A stretch of 63,069 bases of DNA, filler included, from Licmophora abbreviata (taxonomy: Eukaryota), in assembly GCA_900291995.1 (NCBI GenBank). It is 16 parts of 16 records of this genome, joined end to end, with 100 filler letters (N's around TTAATTAATTAA, not from the genome) between each part and the next. Parts side by side here need not be neighbours in the genome. Positions count along the whole stretch, not along the records: positions 50,834 to 53,931 come from OLMU01005143.1; positions 54,032 to 56,544 come from OLMU01005144.1; positions 56,645 to 59,213 come from OLMU01005145.1; positions 59,314 to 60,773 come from OLMU01005146.1; positions 60,874 to 63,069 come from OLMU01005148.1; 11 more parts are not named here. One strand, given 5' to 3'. Below the pieces are notes generated by a model that was given only the letters and a program-made list of their open reading frames with translations, was not told where the DNA came from and did no database searches. Position 1 is the stretch's first letter. Each line of letters begins with the position of its first letter. This document shows positions 51,754 through 61,571 of the stretch, piece by piece. The translations under genes and the position numbers were made by a program.

Positions 51754-52761
51754 TCAGCCGAAACCGCGCCGCGTGCGATTGGCGAACGCCACCAGCGACA
51801 GCATGACCGGCACCTCCACCAGCACCCCAACCACCGTGACCAGTGCAGCACCAGAATTGAGCCCGAACAGGCTGATCGCCACCGCCACCGCCAATTCGAA
51901 GAAATTCGACGTGCCGATCAGCGCGCAGGGCGCCGCGATCCGGTGCGGGACCTTCAGGATCCATGCCGCCGCATAGGCCACCGCGAAAATGCCATAGGAT
52001 TGCAACAGGATCGGCACCGCAATCAGCACGATCACCAGCGGCCGCTCCAGAATGACATCGCCCTGAAGCCCAAAAAGGATCGCCACCGTCGCAATCAGCC
52101 CGACCATCGAGAACGGCTTGACCCGCGCCTTGAACGCCTCGATCCGCGCCTCGCTTTCCAGCCGCGCACGGGTCAGCAACCCCGCCGCAAGCGGCAGCGC
52201 CACGAACAGGACCACCGACAGCACCAGCGTCTCCCACGGCACGGTGATATCCGTCACCCCCAGCAGAAACGCCACGATCGGCGCGAAGGCAAAGACCATC
52301 ACGACGTCATTCACCGTGACCTGCACCAGCGTGTAATTCTCGTCCCCCCGGGTCAATTGCGACCACACGAACACCATCGCCGTACAGGGCGCCGCCCCCA
52401 AAAGGATCAGCCCGGCGATATATTGCTGCGCATCCTCGGGCGCGATCAGATCGGCGAAAACGCCCTCGAAGAACAGCACCGCAAGGGCGGCCATGGTGAA
52501 CGGCTTGATCAGCCAATTGACCGCCAGCGTGATCCCCAGCCCTTTGGGCTGACGGAACACATGGCGCAGTTGATGCGGATCGACCCCCACCATCATCGGA
52601 TAGACCATCGCCCAGATCAGCACCGCCACCACAAGGTTGACGCGCGCGATCTCGGCGGCGGCGATCATCCCCACCAGCCCCGGCGCCAGCGTGCCGATCA
52701 CGATCCCCGCGATCATCGCCGCCCCGATCCAAAGGCTCAAATATCGTTCGAAACTGCTCAT
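51754..52761 (-). CDS. acr3: ACR3 family arsenite efflux transporter
   Basis: [36 protein letters not shown] and [10 protein letters not shown] motifs. Confidence 0.96.
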   Translation of the reverse strand: MSSFERYLSLWIGAAMIAGIVIGTLAPGLVGMIAAAEIARVNLVVAVLIWAMVYPMMVGVDPHQLRHVFRQPKGLGITLAVNWLIKPFTMAALAVLFFEGVFADLIAPEDAQQYIAGLILLGAAPCTAMVFVWSQLTRGDENYTLVQVTVNDVVMVFAFAPIVAFLLGVTDITVPWETLVLSVVLFVALPLAAGLLTRARLESEARIEAFKARVKPFSMVGLIATVAILFGLQGDVILERPLVIVLIAVPILLQSYGIFAVAYAAAWILKVPHRIAAPCALIGTSNFFELAVAVAISLFGLNSGAALVTVVGVLVEVPVMLSLVAFANRTRRGFG

Positions 52762-53931
52762 GCCCGTGTTTCCGCCTGATGCGTCTGCGGCTCAAGTCGG
52801 CCCGCCGCCAGCGCGCTCAGCCCGACCATGACCGCCGCCGTGGCAAGGCACAAGGCCAGACCACCGATCTGATAGGTCAGCCCCGACAGCACGGTGCCGA
52901 TCAACCGGCCCGCCGCATTGGCCATGTAATAAAACCCCACATCCATCGTCACCCGCTCGTCGCGGGTGAACGCCAGGATCAGATAGGAATGCAGCGCCGA
53001 GTTCACCGCGAACAGCCCACCGAACACCAGCAATCCCGCGACCACCGTCGCCGTCAGGCCCGGTGACGGCCCCTCCGACAGGCCCACCGCCAGTGCCAGC
53101 ACCGCCGGCACGATGCACAGCATCGCCGCCCATCCGCGCGCCGCGCGGATCAGCTCGGCCTCGGGGCGGGTGGCGGCGCGCAAAAGCCTCGGGGCGGCCG
53201 CCTGCACCGCGCCATAGAGGATGATCCACCCCGCCATGAACGTGCCGATCATGAAGAACGCCGCCCGGTTGCCCGCCGTGCTGCCATCCGACAACACCGC
53301 GTAGAAATAGATCGGAATGCCCACCACGAACCACACGTCGCGCGCCCCGAACAGCACCACGCGCGCCGCACTCAGCCAGTTGACGTTGCGATCGCTGGAA
53401 AATACCTCCGAGAATTTCGCCCCCTTGCGTCCGCGCGGCAACCCCGACGGCATCGCAAGACCCACCGCACACAGGATCACCGCCAGCACCAGCGCCATCG
53501 CCAGCACCGCCCAGGTGAACCCCGCAACCGCCAGCAGCGCCGCCCCAAGCAGGAACCCCAGCCCCTTCACCGCGTTTTTCGATCCCGTCAGGATCGCGAC
53601 CCACCGGAACAGCCCGCCATTTCCCTTTGGAGCCAGCAGCTTGACCGCCGATTTCGACGACATCTTGGCAAGGTCCTTGGCCACGCCGCTGGCCCCCTGC
53701 ACCGCCATCACATAGGCGACCGACGCGCCCAGCGCCCAACCCGGATCAAGCTGCGTCAGCGCCAGCAGCGCCGCCACCTGAAGCCCGAGCCCCGCATAAA
53801 GCGTCGCCGTCAACCCGAACCGCGCCGCGATCCAGCCCGCCGACAGGTTGGTGACCATGCCCGCGATCTCGTAGAGCACGAAGAGATAGGCCAGCTGCAC
53901 CGGGCTGAAGCCAAGCGTGTGAAAACGCAGC
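52758..53931 (-). CDS. arsJ: Organoarsenical (1-arseno-3-phosphoglycerate) efflux MFS transporter; 5' end in the gap
   Basis: [38 protein letters not shown] and [13 protein letters not shown] motifs. Confidence 0.93.
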
Positions 53932-54031
53932 NNNNNNNNNNNNNNNNNNNNNNNNNNNNNNNNNNNNNNNNNNNNTTAATTAATTAANNNNNNNNNNNNN
54001 NNNNNNNNNNNNNNNNNNNNNNNNNNNNNNN

Positions 54032-54466
54032 CACGATCCGGTGCCGTTCAGGCTCGTAGATCCCTTCGTTCACACCATAGACCACATTGGCCGCATCCCC
54101 GTCCTTGACCGGGGCCGACACCACGACCTTCTTCACACCCGCCTCGAAATAGGGCGCAAGCTTGGCCTCGGTCTTGAAGACGCCGGTGCAGTCGATCACC
54201 ACATCGACCCCCTCGAGCGGCAGATCCTCGATCCGCGACGCCCCGACAAAAGGCAGCCGCGTACCATCGATCGTGACACCGCCCGCGTCATGCCCGAACG
54301 CGGCATCCCACCGGCCGTGCACCGTATCGAATTCCAGAAGATGCGCGTGCATTTCCGCATCGCCCACCGCATCGTTGATCCAAGCGATCTGCGCCCCGCG
54401 CTCCAGCAGCGGACGCAGCGCCAGCTTGCCCACGCGGCCAAGCCCGTTCAATGCATAGACCGTCAT
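54032..54466 (-). CDS. ArsJ-associated glyceraldehyde-3-phosphate dehydrogenase (5' part)
   Basis: NGLGRVG, HLLEFDTVHGRW and VVVSAPVK motifs. It sits between arsRC and arsJ. Confidence 0.9.
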
Positions 54467-55323
54467 GCCGACACCTCGTCCTTATCATCCGCGCGCGCTT
54501 CGCGTGCGATATCATCCACGGCCTGTTGCAGCGAAATCCGGTCCAACGTCTCGAGCGGCAGCGCCGTGAAGGCCAGGATCCGGTTACGCAGCGCACCATA
54601 AGCCTGCTGGAACGCAAGGCTTTTCTGCGCATCCGTGCCTTCGGCCTTGACCGGATCGGGCATACCCCAATGGGCGCTGATCGGCTGGCCGTCCCATGCC
54701 GGGCACTCCTCGTTGGCGGCTTGGTTGCAGACGGTGAACACGAAATCCATCACCGGCGCATCCGGCCCGGTGAACTCCGACACGTTCTTGGCGCGCAGCC
54801 CGGAAATGTCGTGGCCCTTGGCCTCCAGCACCTCCAGCGCGAAAGGGTTCAACTCCGATTGCGGACGCGTGCCCGCCGAATAGACATCGAACCGGTCCCC
54901 GGCTTCGGCGCGCAGCAGCGTTTCGGCAAAAATGGACCGGGCCGAATTGCCGGTGCAGATGAACAGCACATTGTATTTGCGGTCGGACATGGCGGACATA
55001 CCTTTTTCAGAAGCTCCGGGAAGGGACAGGCAGGCATCGGGACGCCCGCGACAACACTCGTTGAACAGGAAATCCACGATCTCCCCCACCGCATCGGTCT
55101 GCGCCGTGTAGAGCAACGACGTGCCCTCGCGCCGCTGGCTGACCAATCCCGCCGCCGACAGCGCCGACAGATAGACCGACAGCGTCGAGGGCTTGATCTC
55201 GAGCGCGCGCGCCACCTCACCGGCAGGCACCGCATCGGGATAGCGCCGCATCAGCAGACGAAAGACCGACATGCGCCCCGGATGGGACAACACGTCAAGA
55301 CGGGAGAGAATCACTTTTTCCAT
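54463..55323 (-). CDS. ArsR-ArsC fusion (ArsR repressor plus LMW-PTP-type arsenate reductase)
   Basis: HTH region LSHPGRMSVFRLL...STLSVYL, then ECCRGRPDAC, NVLFICTGNSARS, TVCNQAANEECP and HWGMPDP. Confidence 0.92.
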   Translation of the reverse strand: MEKVILSRLDVLSHPGRMSVFRLLMRRYPDAVPAGEVARALEIKPSTLSVYLSALSAAGLVSQRREGTSLLYTAQTDAVGEIVDFLFNECCRGRPDACLSLPGASEKGMSAMSDRKYNVLFICTGNSARSIFAETLLRAEAGDRFDVYSAGTRPQSELNPFALEVLEAKGHDISGLRAKNVSEFTGPDAPVMDFVFTVCNQAANEECPAWDGQPISAHWGMPDPVKAEGTDAQKSLAFQQAYGALRNRILAFTALPLETLDRISLQQAVDDIAREARADDKDEVSA

Positions 55324-55345
55324 ATTTCACGAATAATAGAAATAT
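55322..55345 (-). promoter_or_regulatory. Putative ArsR operator overlapping the start codon
   Basis: ATATTTC-N10-GAAATAT inverted repeat in an AT-rich patch. There is no RBS, which suggests a leaderless transcript. Confidence 0.6.
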
Positions 55346-55610
55346 CTATGCTTTACACATGAAACTTTCATGACAAACCTCGCCCGACCCGCCCCTGAAA
55401 CGAACACTCAGCCTTGGGCGCCTTTCGCACTCGCTCGGGCCGCCGACCTGTCGCCACCAACCTGAAAACACCGCGCATCAGTCAAATTCCGCCGATGATG
55501 TTAACATTTCAGCAACAGGTCCGGCTCACACTTCACCCGGAGAGTTGCGGCAACGCCTGATTCTGCCGCAGACACGTATGTATTGCCGTGACAACCCTGG
55601 GATGATTTCA

Positions 55611-55700
55611 ATGTCGAGTGCTGTGATTTTGATCGGATTGATTGCTGTCAGCGGGCTGATCTTCGCCCTTCTCGCCTCCATGGGACGCGATAAGGGCTAG
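55611..55700 (+). CDS. Putative 29-aa single-pass membrane peptide
   Basis: MSSAVILIGLIAVSGLIFALLASMGRDKG has a hydrophobic core and a charged tail. The RBS is weak. Confidence 0.4.
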   Translation: MSSAVILIGLIAVSGLIFALLASMGRDKG

Positions 55701-55949
55701 GGCCTCCACCTCGTGCCTGCACCGTTGCAGGCACCGGACCGCGCCTCTTCGATCACCTGCGATCCTTCGGCCCTTGCTGCGACTGACGCAGGGGCCACTA
55801 AGGCCTTGTGCCACCGCATCTGTGCGACCTTGCTCGCTCTGCTCTGCGCTCGCCCCCCCATCCTGAACATCCCCTCTCACCCCCCGCTTGCACATCTCCC
55901 GCACAGAGTGCTTTAAGCCCGTCACGCACCCCCACCCGGAGGACACAGG

Positions 55950-56544
55950 TTGAGTTTCTTGATCGGCATCGGCCCGAACATCCGCAAATCCGCCTATTTC
56001 GATGCCACGGTCCGCGATGGCGTCCGGTCCTTCTCGGTCTACAATCACATGTATATCCCGGCCCATTTCGGCGATCCCGACGCCGAATACGACCGGCTGC
56101 TGACCGGCGTTGCCATGTGGGATGTCGCAGCCCAACGGCAGGTGCAGCTTGACGGCCCCGACGCAGGGCGACTGGCGCAATACCTCACGCCCCGCAACCT
56201 TGGCAGCACCCGCCCCGGTCAGGGCCGCTATGTCCCGCTATGCGATCATGACGGCTGGCTCATCAACGATCCGGTGTTGCTCAAATTCGACGAGACGCGC
56301 TACTGGCTCTCGGTGGCCGACAGCGACATTCACCTCTGGGCTGCCGCCATCGCCCGTGAAAAAGGCTGGGATGTCCGCCTAACTGAGCCGGATGTCTCTC
56401 CTCTCGCCATTCAGGGGCCGCTTGCGATGGATGTGGCCGCCGCCCTTTTCGGCGATGAGGTCCGCAGCATGCGTCCCTTCGCCTTTGTCGAGACATCGCT
56501 GGACGGCATCCCCCTCGTACTGGCGCGCTCGGGCTGGTCCAAAC
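55950..56544 (+). CDS. GcvT-family THF-dependent methyltransferase, DmdA-like paralog (5' part)
   Basis: TTG start with a GGAGGA RBS. Motifs VYNHMYIP, WDVAAQRQV, INDPVLL, SVADSD, PDVSPLAIQGP and ARSGWSK. Confidence 0.85.
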
Positions 56545-56655
56545 NNNNNNNNNNNNNNNNNNNNNNNNNNNNNNNNNNNNNNNNNNNNTTAATTAATTAA
56601 NNNNNNNNNNNNNNNNNNNNNNNNNNNNNNNNNNNNNNNNNNNNATGTGAGGAAA

Positions 56656-56660
<5 letters not shown>

Positions 56661-56690
<30 letters not shown>
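56661..56690. repeat. (CA)15 microsatellite, within a predicted intron
   Basis: Read directly from the sequence. Confidence 0.95.
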
Positions 56691-56692
<2 letters not shown>

Positions 56693-56745
56693 ATAGCAGT
56701 ATCACAGCATCAGCGCCATCTGACGGTCCAACTAATTGGACTCAC

Positions 56746-57915
56746 CATGATAGATCCTTCGTTGCTCCGAAAGGCTGACCCCGTCCATGCATTGTCCGTG
56801 ACAAAGAGTGTTATCCCAGCCGGCAAGTCGGCTAGCGCGACCAAGGCAACAAGATCAGGATTGTCCGAATGGACGGCCGTTACCATGACATCTCCCGGGC
56901 GAAGTGATTCACAGGAAGAAGAAGAAGAAGAAGTAGAAGTCGTGTTGTCATTGGTCTCCACGGAGCAATCATATTCCCATCCTCCTTTGGAAAGCACCAT
57001 CGTCTTGGGCGATCCAAACAATTGTTGTACCAATTCAGGGTAATCCACAAAGATGTTCCGGTTGCCCTGCCAATATTCACACACGCGGTCATTGCGCAGT
57101 CTCTCCCGATCGTCTGGTGGATCTTGCTCATGCCATATCAAGAGCTGTGACAAGTATCCCATGGTATTGTCTCGTTCGTCCGGACAGTCAGAAAGCACAA
57201 GGTTGCTTTCGCCAGTGTTGCCATCACTGTAGCGAAGGTCCATGTAGAAGAGCGCACGAGCAATATCCCCTCGGCGATCGACAGGAGGCCCAAAGGCAGT
57301 CCCATCGGACGAAGTGTCCAGTGCCGCTTCTGATGTGGCTGGTTGTTTGCAATTCTGATTGCTATTCGTATTAGAAAGACAGTCTCCAAAGTACAAATTG
57401 GAGCGCGCGGAATTGACATTCCAATCGCTCGGTCGAAGATGATGAATGTCTGTAAAGTCGGCTCCCGTGCTGTGGACTCCTCGACTGCTGGGCCACAAGT
57501 GTTCGCGATTCCACGTGTCGGGTGTCCCAAAGGGCTCTGCAGGAACAGGAATGTTTTTGTAAATGAGTAGAACAGTGTTGTTGTTGTTGTTGTTGTTTGT
57601 AGTGTTACTGTCCAAGTCCATGAGGGCTCTCCATACGTCCACCTTGGTGTTGGAGTTGGTATAGTCCAAAACGTGACGATGGGTGGATGTAATCAAGAGG
57701 TGTAAATCTGGACGAGACCAAGAGGATGAATTGTTGTTTGAGAGAAGAAGTAGTGAAGTGTAGTAGTCGTCCAAACTGCATCCGTCGAACGACAGGGAGG
57801 AGGAGGATGACACAATCCACGACGACGACGACGACCATACGAACAAGGATGAGACGAAGTGAAATAAGAAAAAGGACATTGGTAGATCCATGATGATTGC
57901 AACAGTGCAAAGCAA
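56746..57915 (-). CDS. Secreted endonuclease I (His-Me finger, Bsn/EndA-like), first exon
   Basis: Hydrophobic N-terminus and motifs WNREHLWPSSRG, TDIHHLRPSD..VNSARSN, RGDIARALFYM and QGNRNIFVDYP. A splice donor G|GTGAGT lies at 56746/56745. Confidence 0.85.
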
Positions 57916-58192
57916 GTCAACAACAAGAAGGAAAAGTTACACCCATCAATAAGAAGATGCTGTGGTGCGGATACTACAGAGTTTTGTTTTGTTGTTGTTC
58001 TGAATGAATGAATCCCGGTTTTGGAATTGAATCCCGCAACAAACAAGATCCCACTCTTGGAGGTTTTATCGCAATACAGAGCTCTCGAAAACACCAGAAA
58101 ACGTCCGGCGCGCGTTCCCGGAAACTTGAAAACTTACCTCACACACAGCAGCATGACCATGGCACTGTGATGTTTGCACGACGTGATGAATG

Positions 58193-58219
58193 CACAGCAC
58201 AGCACAGCACAGCACAGCA
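58193..58219. repeat. (CACAG)n pentanucleotide tandem repeat
   Basis: About five copies read directly. Confidence 0.85.
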
Positions 58220-58274
58220 GTGAACCAAAGTCTGCTTCCAAAGAACAAACGAGCAAACGAACAAGGCTTCTATC

Positions 58275-59159
58275 ATGCCCAAGCCGCACGACGACACAAA
58301 GAGACGTCCGCAAGCCTATGTCTCTACTCCTTTTTCTCCAAGAACAGCACCTCCGAGACGGCCGACTCATCACATCCATCATCTTTCGACAGCTCCTCTG
58401 GGGGGCAATACTAGAGGCAGTGCGAGGAACAGTATGACAGCATCAGCACCACCGGCAATGAGGACGATGCAGTACAGTCAGGGTCCACGAAGCTGGCATC
58501 CGAACGGACGTCCGTCCACATTCACCCCCGCTCCCTCTACTAGTACTGTTCGTGCCCATGCTATTCCTCCTCCTCCACCACCACCGCCTCTACCAAAGAC
58601 TGCCCCACCACCACCACCACCACCTCCGCCTCTTCCCACTGTCCGCACTTCCACCCCTCCTCCTCCACCGCCACCACATCATCATGATCATGATCATCCT
58701 CCCAACCACAATCATGATGACGAAATGACATGGACGAGTCGTCTTCGTCCTCTTCTGCTTCCTTGGATCAACACGAGACACTCTTACTTCACAACCTCTA
58801 TCACGATGTTCTACACCAAGCCGCCGCTTCCTTGCCACATACTACTACTGCCACTACTGCTGCTGCTGCCACTACTACTACTACTGATCCACTACAAGAC
58901 GACCAACAACAACAAATCTTGCAACAAGCCAAGGACACCTTGGCCTTGGCCTTGCAGGATGACTCCTTTGCGGCAGAAGCAAGGGAAATGCTTCAACAAC
59001 AACAACAACAACAAGTCGCAACCAACGAGGACGTAGGAAAAGCTTCTACGTTGCCTCCCATTACGGCTTTGCAGCACCCTGTCACAGTTACCAACATTCA
59101 CGATGGTCCACAAAAACTTGTACGATACGATCCAAACGACTGGTACAAGTTGCAACCAG

Positions 59160-59190
<31 letters not shown>

Positions 59191-59213
59191 CTTGACTCCC
59201 GTCTTGGAACAGT
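58275..59213 (+). CDS. Low-complexity Pro/His/Gln-rich eukaryotic protein, N-terminal part (frame switch near 58730)
   Basis: Poly-Pro tracts in one frame continue as poly-T/Q/N in another. The structure is uncertain. Confidence 0.45.
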
Positions 59214-59313
59214 NNNNNNNNNNNNNNNNNNNNNNNNNNNNNNNNNNNNNNNNNNNNTTAATTAATTAANNNNNNNNNNNNNNNNNNNNNNNNNNNNNNN
59301 NNNNNNNNNNNNN

Positions 59314-59852
59314 CTCGTAGAAAGTCACAGGTCCTTCAGAAGAGTTTGCTTTTACTCAAACGCAAGCTTGAACTCAAGCAAAAGACAATGGAACTCAAAT
59401 CCAAGCGACAGAGAATAGAAGAAGAAGAAGAAGACGAAAATGAAGCTACCCCTCATGTTCTAGACGACCTTCTTGCTAATAACGATGCTGCAAACCAGAG
59501 TGACGACTCGGCCATACTCACAAAGCTGCTCAGCAAGGAGGAACTCCTGCGACGTCAAGAGGAACTTCAACACACTATGGATGCGGCATACTGGAAGCAG
59601 CTGGTTGTCAAACAGCGCAAGCTGCTGGCGGAACAACAACAAAAGGTGCGAGACACCAAGCGGGCCTTGATGGAATGCAAAGACGAAATGGAACAACAAG
59701 GGAGGAGCCTGCAGCAGTGTCGGGTCTTGGAGAAGGAGTCGAGTGTGCGGCTCGACAAGGTGAATCAACTTCGAATGGAGCAAGACAGGAACCTGCTGGA
59801 AAGTCGAAGACTCTTGTATGAATCGCTGTCCAAGAAAGGTACCATGAGCTAA
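59314..59852 (+). CDS. Coiled-coil eukaryotic protein, C-terminal fragment
   Basis: E/K/Q/L-rich heptad-like ORF, possibly the end of the gene begun at 58275. Confidence 0.55.
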
Positions 59853-59948
59853 CTAGCTAACGAATAGCGGGTACGGTACGACTAGACCTTCTCGTGGACT
59901 GATGACAAGCTTGCGCCATTGCTAGTATCATAATATCATGCATGGATT

Positions 59949-60773
59949 TCACGACAGGGCCTGGACGAGCCGTTCTTCCAGCGCCTCCACGGCACTGACC
60001 GTGAGAATGAGTTTTTCATGCTTGAGAATCGAATAGACGTTCGCTCGGACTTGATGAAGGACCTTGACGGAATGCATATTGCCCGCTGCGACGACCAAGT
60101 GAATCGGCAGTCCATGGATGCTCGTGGGTGCAGTAGCGTCGTCGTCGTCTTGCGCAGTAGCAGTAGTAGTTTGTTCCACATGATCCAGAATCAAAGCACT
60201 CGTACCGTTTCTTCCACCGACATTCCAGGCTTGTAGCAACTTGGCCAAGTCGTTGGTCTTGTGAGTCTTCAAGTTGAAATCATTGAGTAGAACAATGTTG
60301 CCTTCCTTTAATTTTTGACTCAAGGCATGCGTCAATGCCATCTTCCTGACCCTCTTATTGAGTTTCCTCGCACCATAATCCTGAATACTCCCCTTGGGTC
60401 CATGCGCCTTGGCACCTCCCCTCCAATGCGCCGGCCGACCATGTCCCGCCCTCGCCCTTCCCGATCCCTTTTGCGGTCGCACCTTCCGGCCACTCCCCGA
60501 CACTTGACTGATGGTCTTGGTAATGGCCTTGCGCTTTCCGCGGACACAGGCGCGGTGGTGTTCTACGGCGCGTTGCAAGAGGTCAATGCGAATGGCATCG
60601 TGACCAAAGATGAGGTCGTTCAAGTAGAGCGTGCCGACGACCTCGGAGGCATCGAGTTTGTTGTAGACGGAAGTGTGCAAGCGATCGGGCAAGGGGATGA
60701 CAGTAACAGCGGTGCGGTCGCTGGTAGTGTCATGGTACGAGGAGACAAGATCGTCGAGATCGTCATCATCGTC
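59949..60773 (-). CDS. Ribosomal protein uL4, bacterial-type and probably nuclear-encoded mitochondrial (5' end in the gap)
   Basis: TKTISQVSGSGRKVRPQKGSGRARAG, WRGGAKAHGPK, KLNKRVRKMAL and ANVYSILKHEKL motifs. It has low-complexity insertions and no S10 operon neighbours. Confidence 0.9.
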   Translation of the reverse strand, partial: DDDDDLDDLVSSYHDTTSDRTAVTVIPLPDRLHTSVYNKLDASEVVGTLYLNDLIFGHDAIRIDLLQRAVEHHRACVRGKRKAITKTISQVSGSGRKVRPQKGSGRARAGHGRPAHWRGGAKAHGPKGSIQDYGARKLNKRVRKMALTHALSQKLKEGNIVLLNDFNLKTHKTNDLAKLLQAWNVGGRNGTSALILDHVEQTTTATAQDDDDATAPTSIHGLPIHLVVAAGNMHSVKVLHQVRANVYSILKHEKLILTVSAVEALEERLVQALS

Positions 60774-61399
60774 NNNNNNNNNNNNNNNNNNNNNNNNNNN
60801 NNNNNNNNNNNNNNNNNTTAATTAATTAANNNNNNNNNNNNNNNNNNNNNNNNNNNNNNNNNNNNNNNNNNNNATTGCAGTTGATCCAGACAACTTCTTT
60901 TGGGTACCACCACCGGCAGTATGGGCCGATGTCATCCATCCAAAAGAGGCCTTCAATTTGATGGTTCACCACACTGGTAATCCTACTCCCAGTAACAAGG
61001 ATTTCTACAAGAAGAACAAGGAAGTTGTCCACTCCTTCTTCAGAGAAAAGACTCTCACTCCCGCTCTAGCTCGTCTCCTGTCTGCTCCTGATGCTGTTGT
61101 CGATCCAGCCCTTCTCTTTAACGCAGGAGCGCCAGACATCGCGGAAAATATGGACACCACACCAGATAAGGAACACAGTAAGGAGTGAACGGTGAATGTA
61201 TGCAGTAGAAGTGCCTTGGACATGATACATGTGTTCATCGAAGATGATAGTATATAGCTTAGTAAATGAAATTGGTTGACCTGTGCAGCTTGTCCTTATA
61301 ATTGGCACCAACAACACTATTTTCACAAAGGGACGTCCCTCCGTCTTATAGTAGTCAGCATTGACAACAATAGTGTTGGAAAGGTTGTTGTTTTGTAAT

Positions 61400-61510
61400 T
61401 CGCGTCAAGGTGACGCGAGTGGTCACACTTGGCACCAGTGCCAAATTTTGGTCACCGGTGCCAAATATTGCTTCGTGCGAGCCACCAGTCGCGCACCACT
61501 TGGCACCAGA
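61400..61510. repeat. Cluster of short palindromes built on TTGGCAC/GTGCCAA
   Basis: TCGCGTCA-AGG-TGACGCGA, TTGGCAC-CA-GTGCCAA and TTTGGTCACCGGTGCCAAA, with further TTGGCACCA copies near 61302 and 61500. Confidence 0.7.
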
Positions 61511-61571
61511 TTCTCACTAAAAGTGACAGCACAGAATACATAGACAACACAATACCAAAGCATTAACATTT

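Noticed and set aside
4957..52779. Long antisense or alternative-frame ORFs (e.g. 4957-6879, 17822-20038, 29392-31083, 44143-45936, 51541-52779)
   Set aside because: They are shadow ORFs opposite well-supported genes, expected in high-GC DNA, and carry no recognisable motifs.
55530..55600. GGAGAG followed by a hairpin upstream of a GcvT-family gene, suggesting a glycine riboswitch
   Set aside because: The CCGAAG and CTCTCAGG elements are missing, and the site is far from the gcvT-like start.
56545..56700. Bacterium-to-eukaryote junction as a horizontal transfer event
   Set aside because: The switch coincides exactly with an artificial spacer, so there is no evidence of physical linkage.
59949..60773. 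uL4 as a bacterial rplD
   Set aside because: There are no rplC/rplW neighbours, and the low-complexity insertions and eukaryotic composition point to a nuclear-encoded organellar protein.
11557..60873. Regularly recurring TTAATTAATTAA motif flanked by Ns
   Set aside because: It is an artificial contig linker with six-frame stops, not a CRISPR repeat or biological element. ORFs ending in X...LIN are artefacts.
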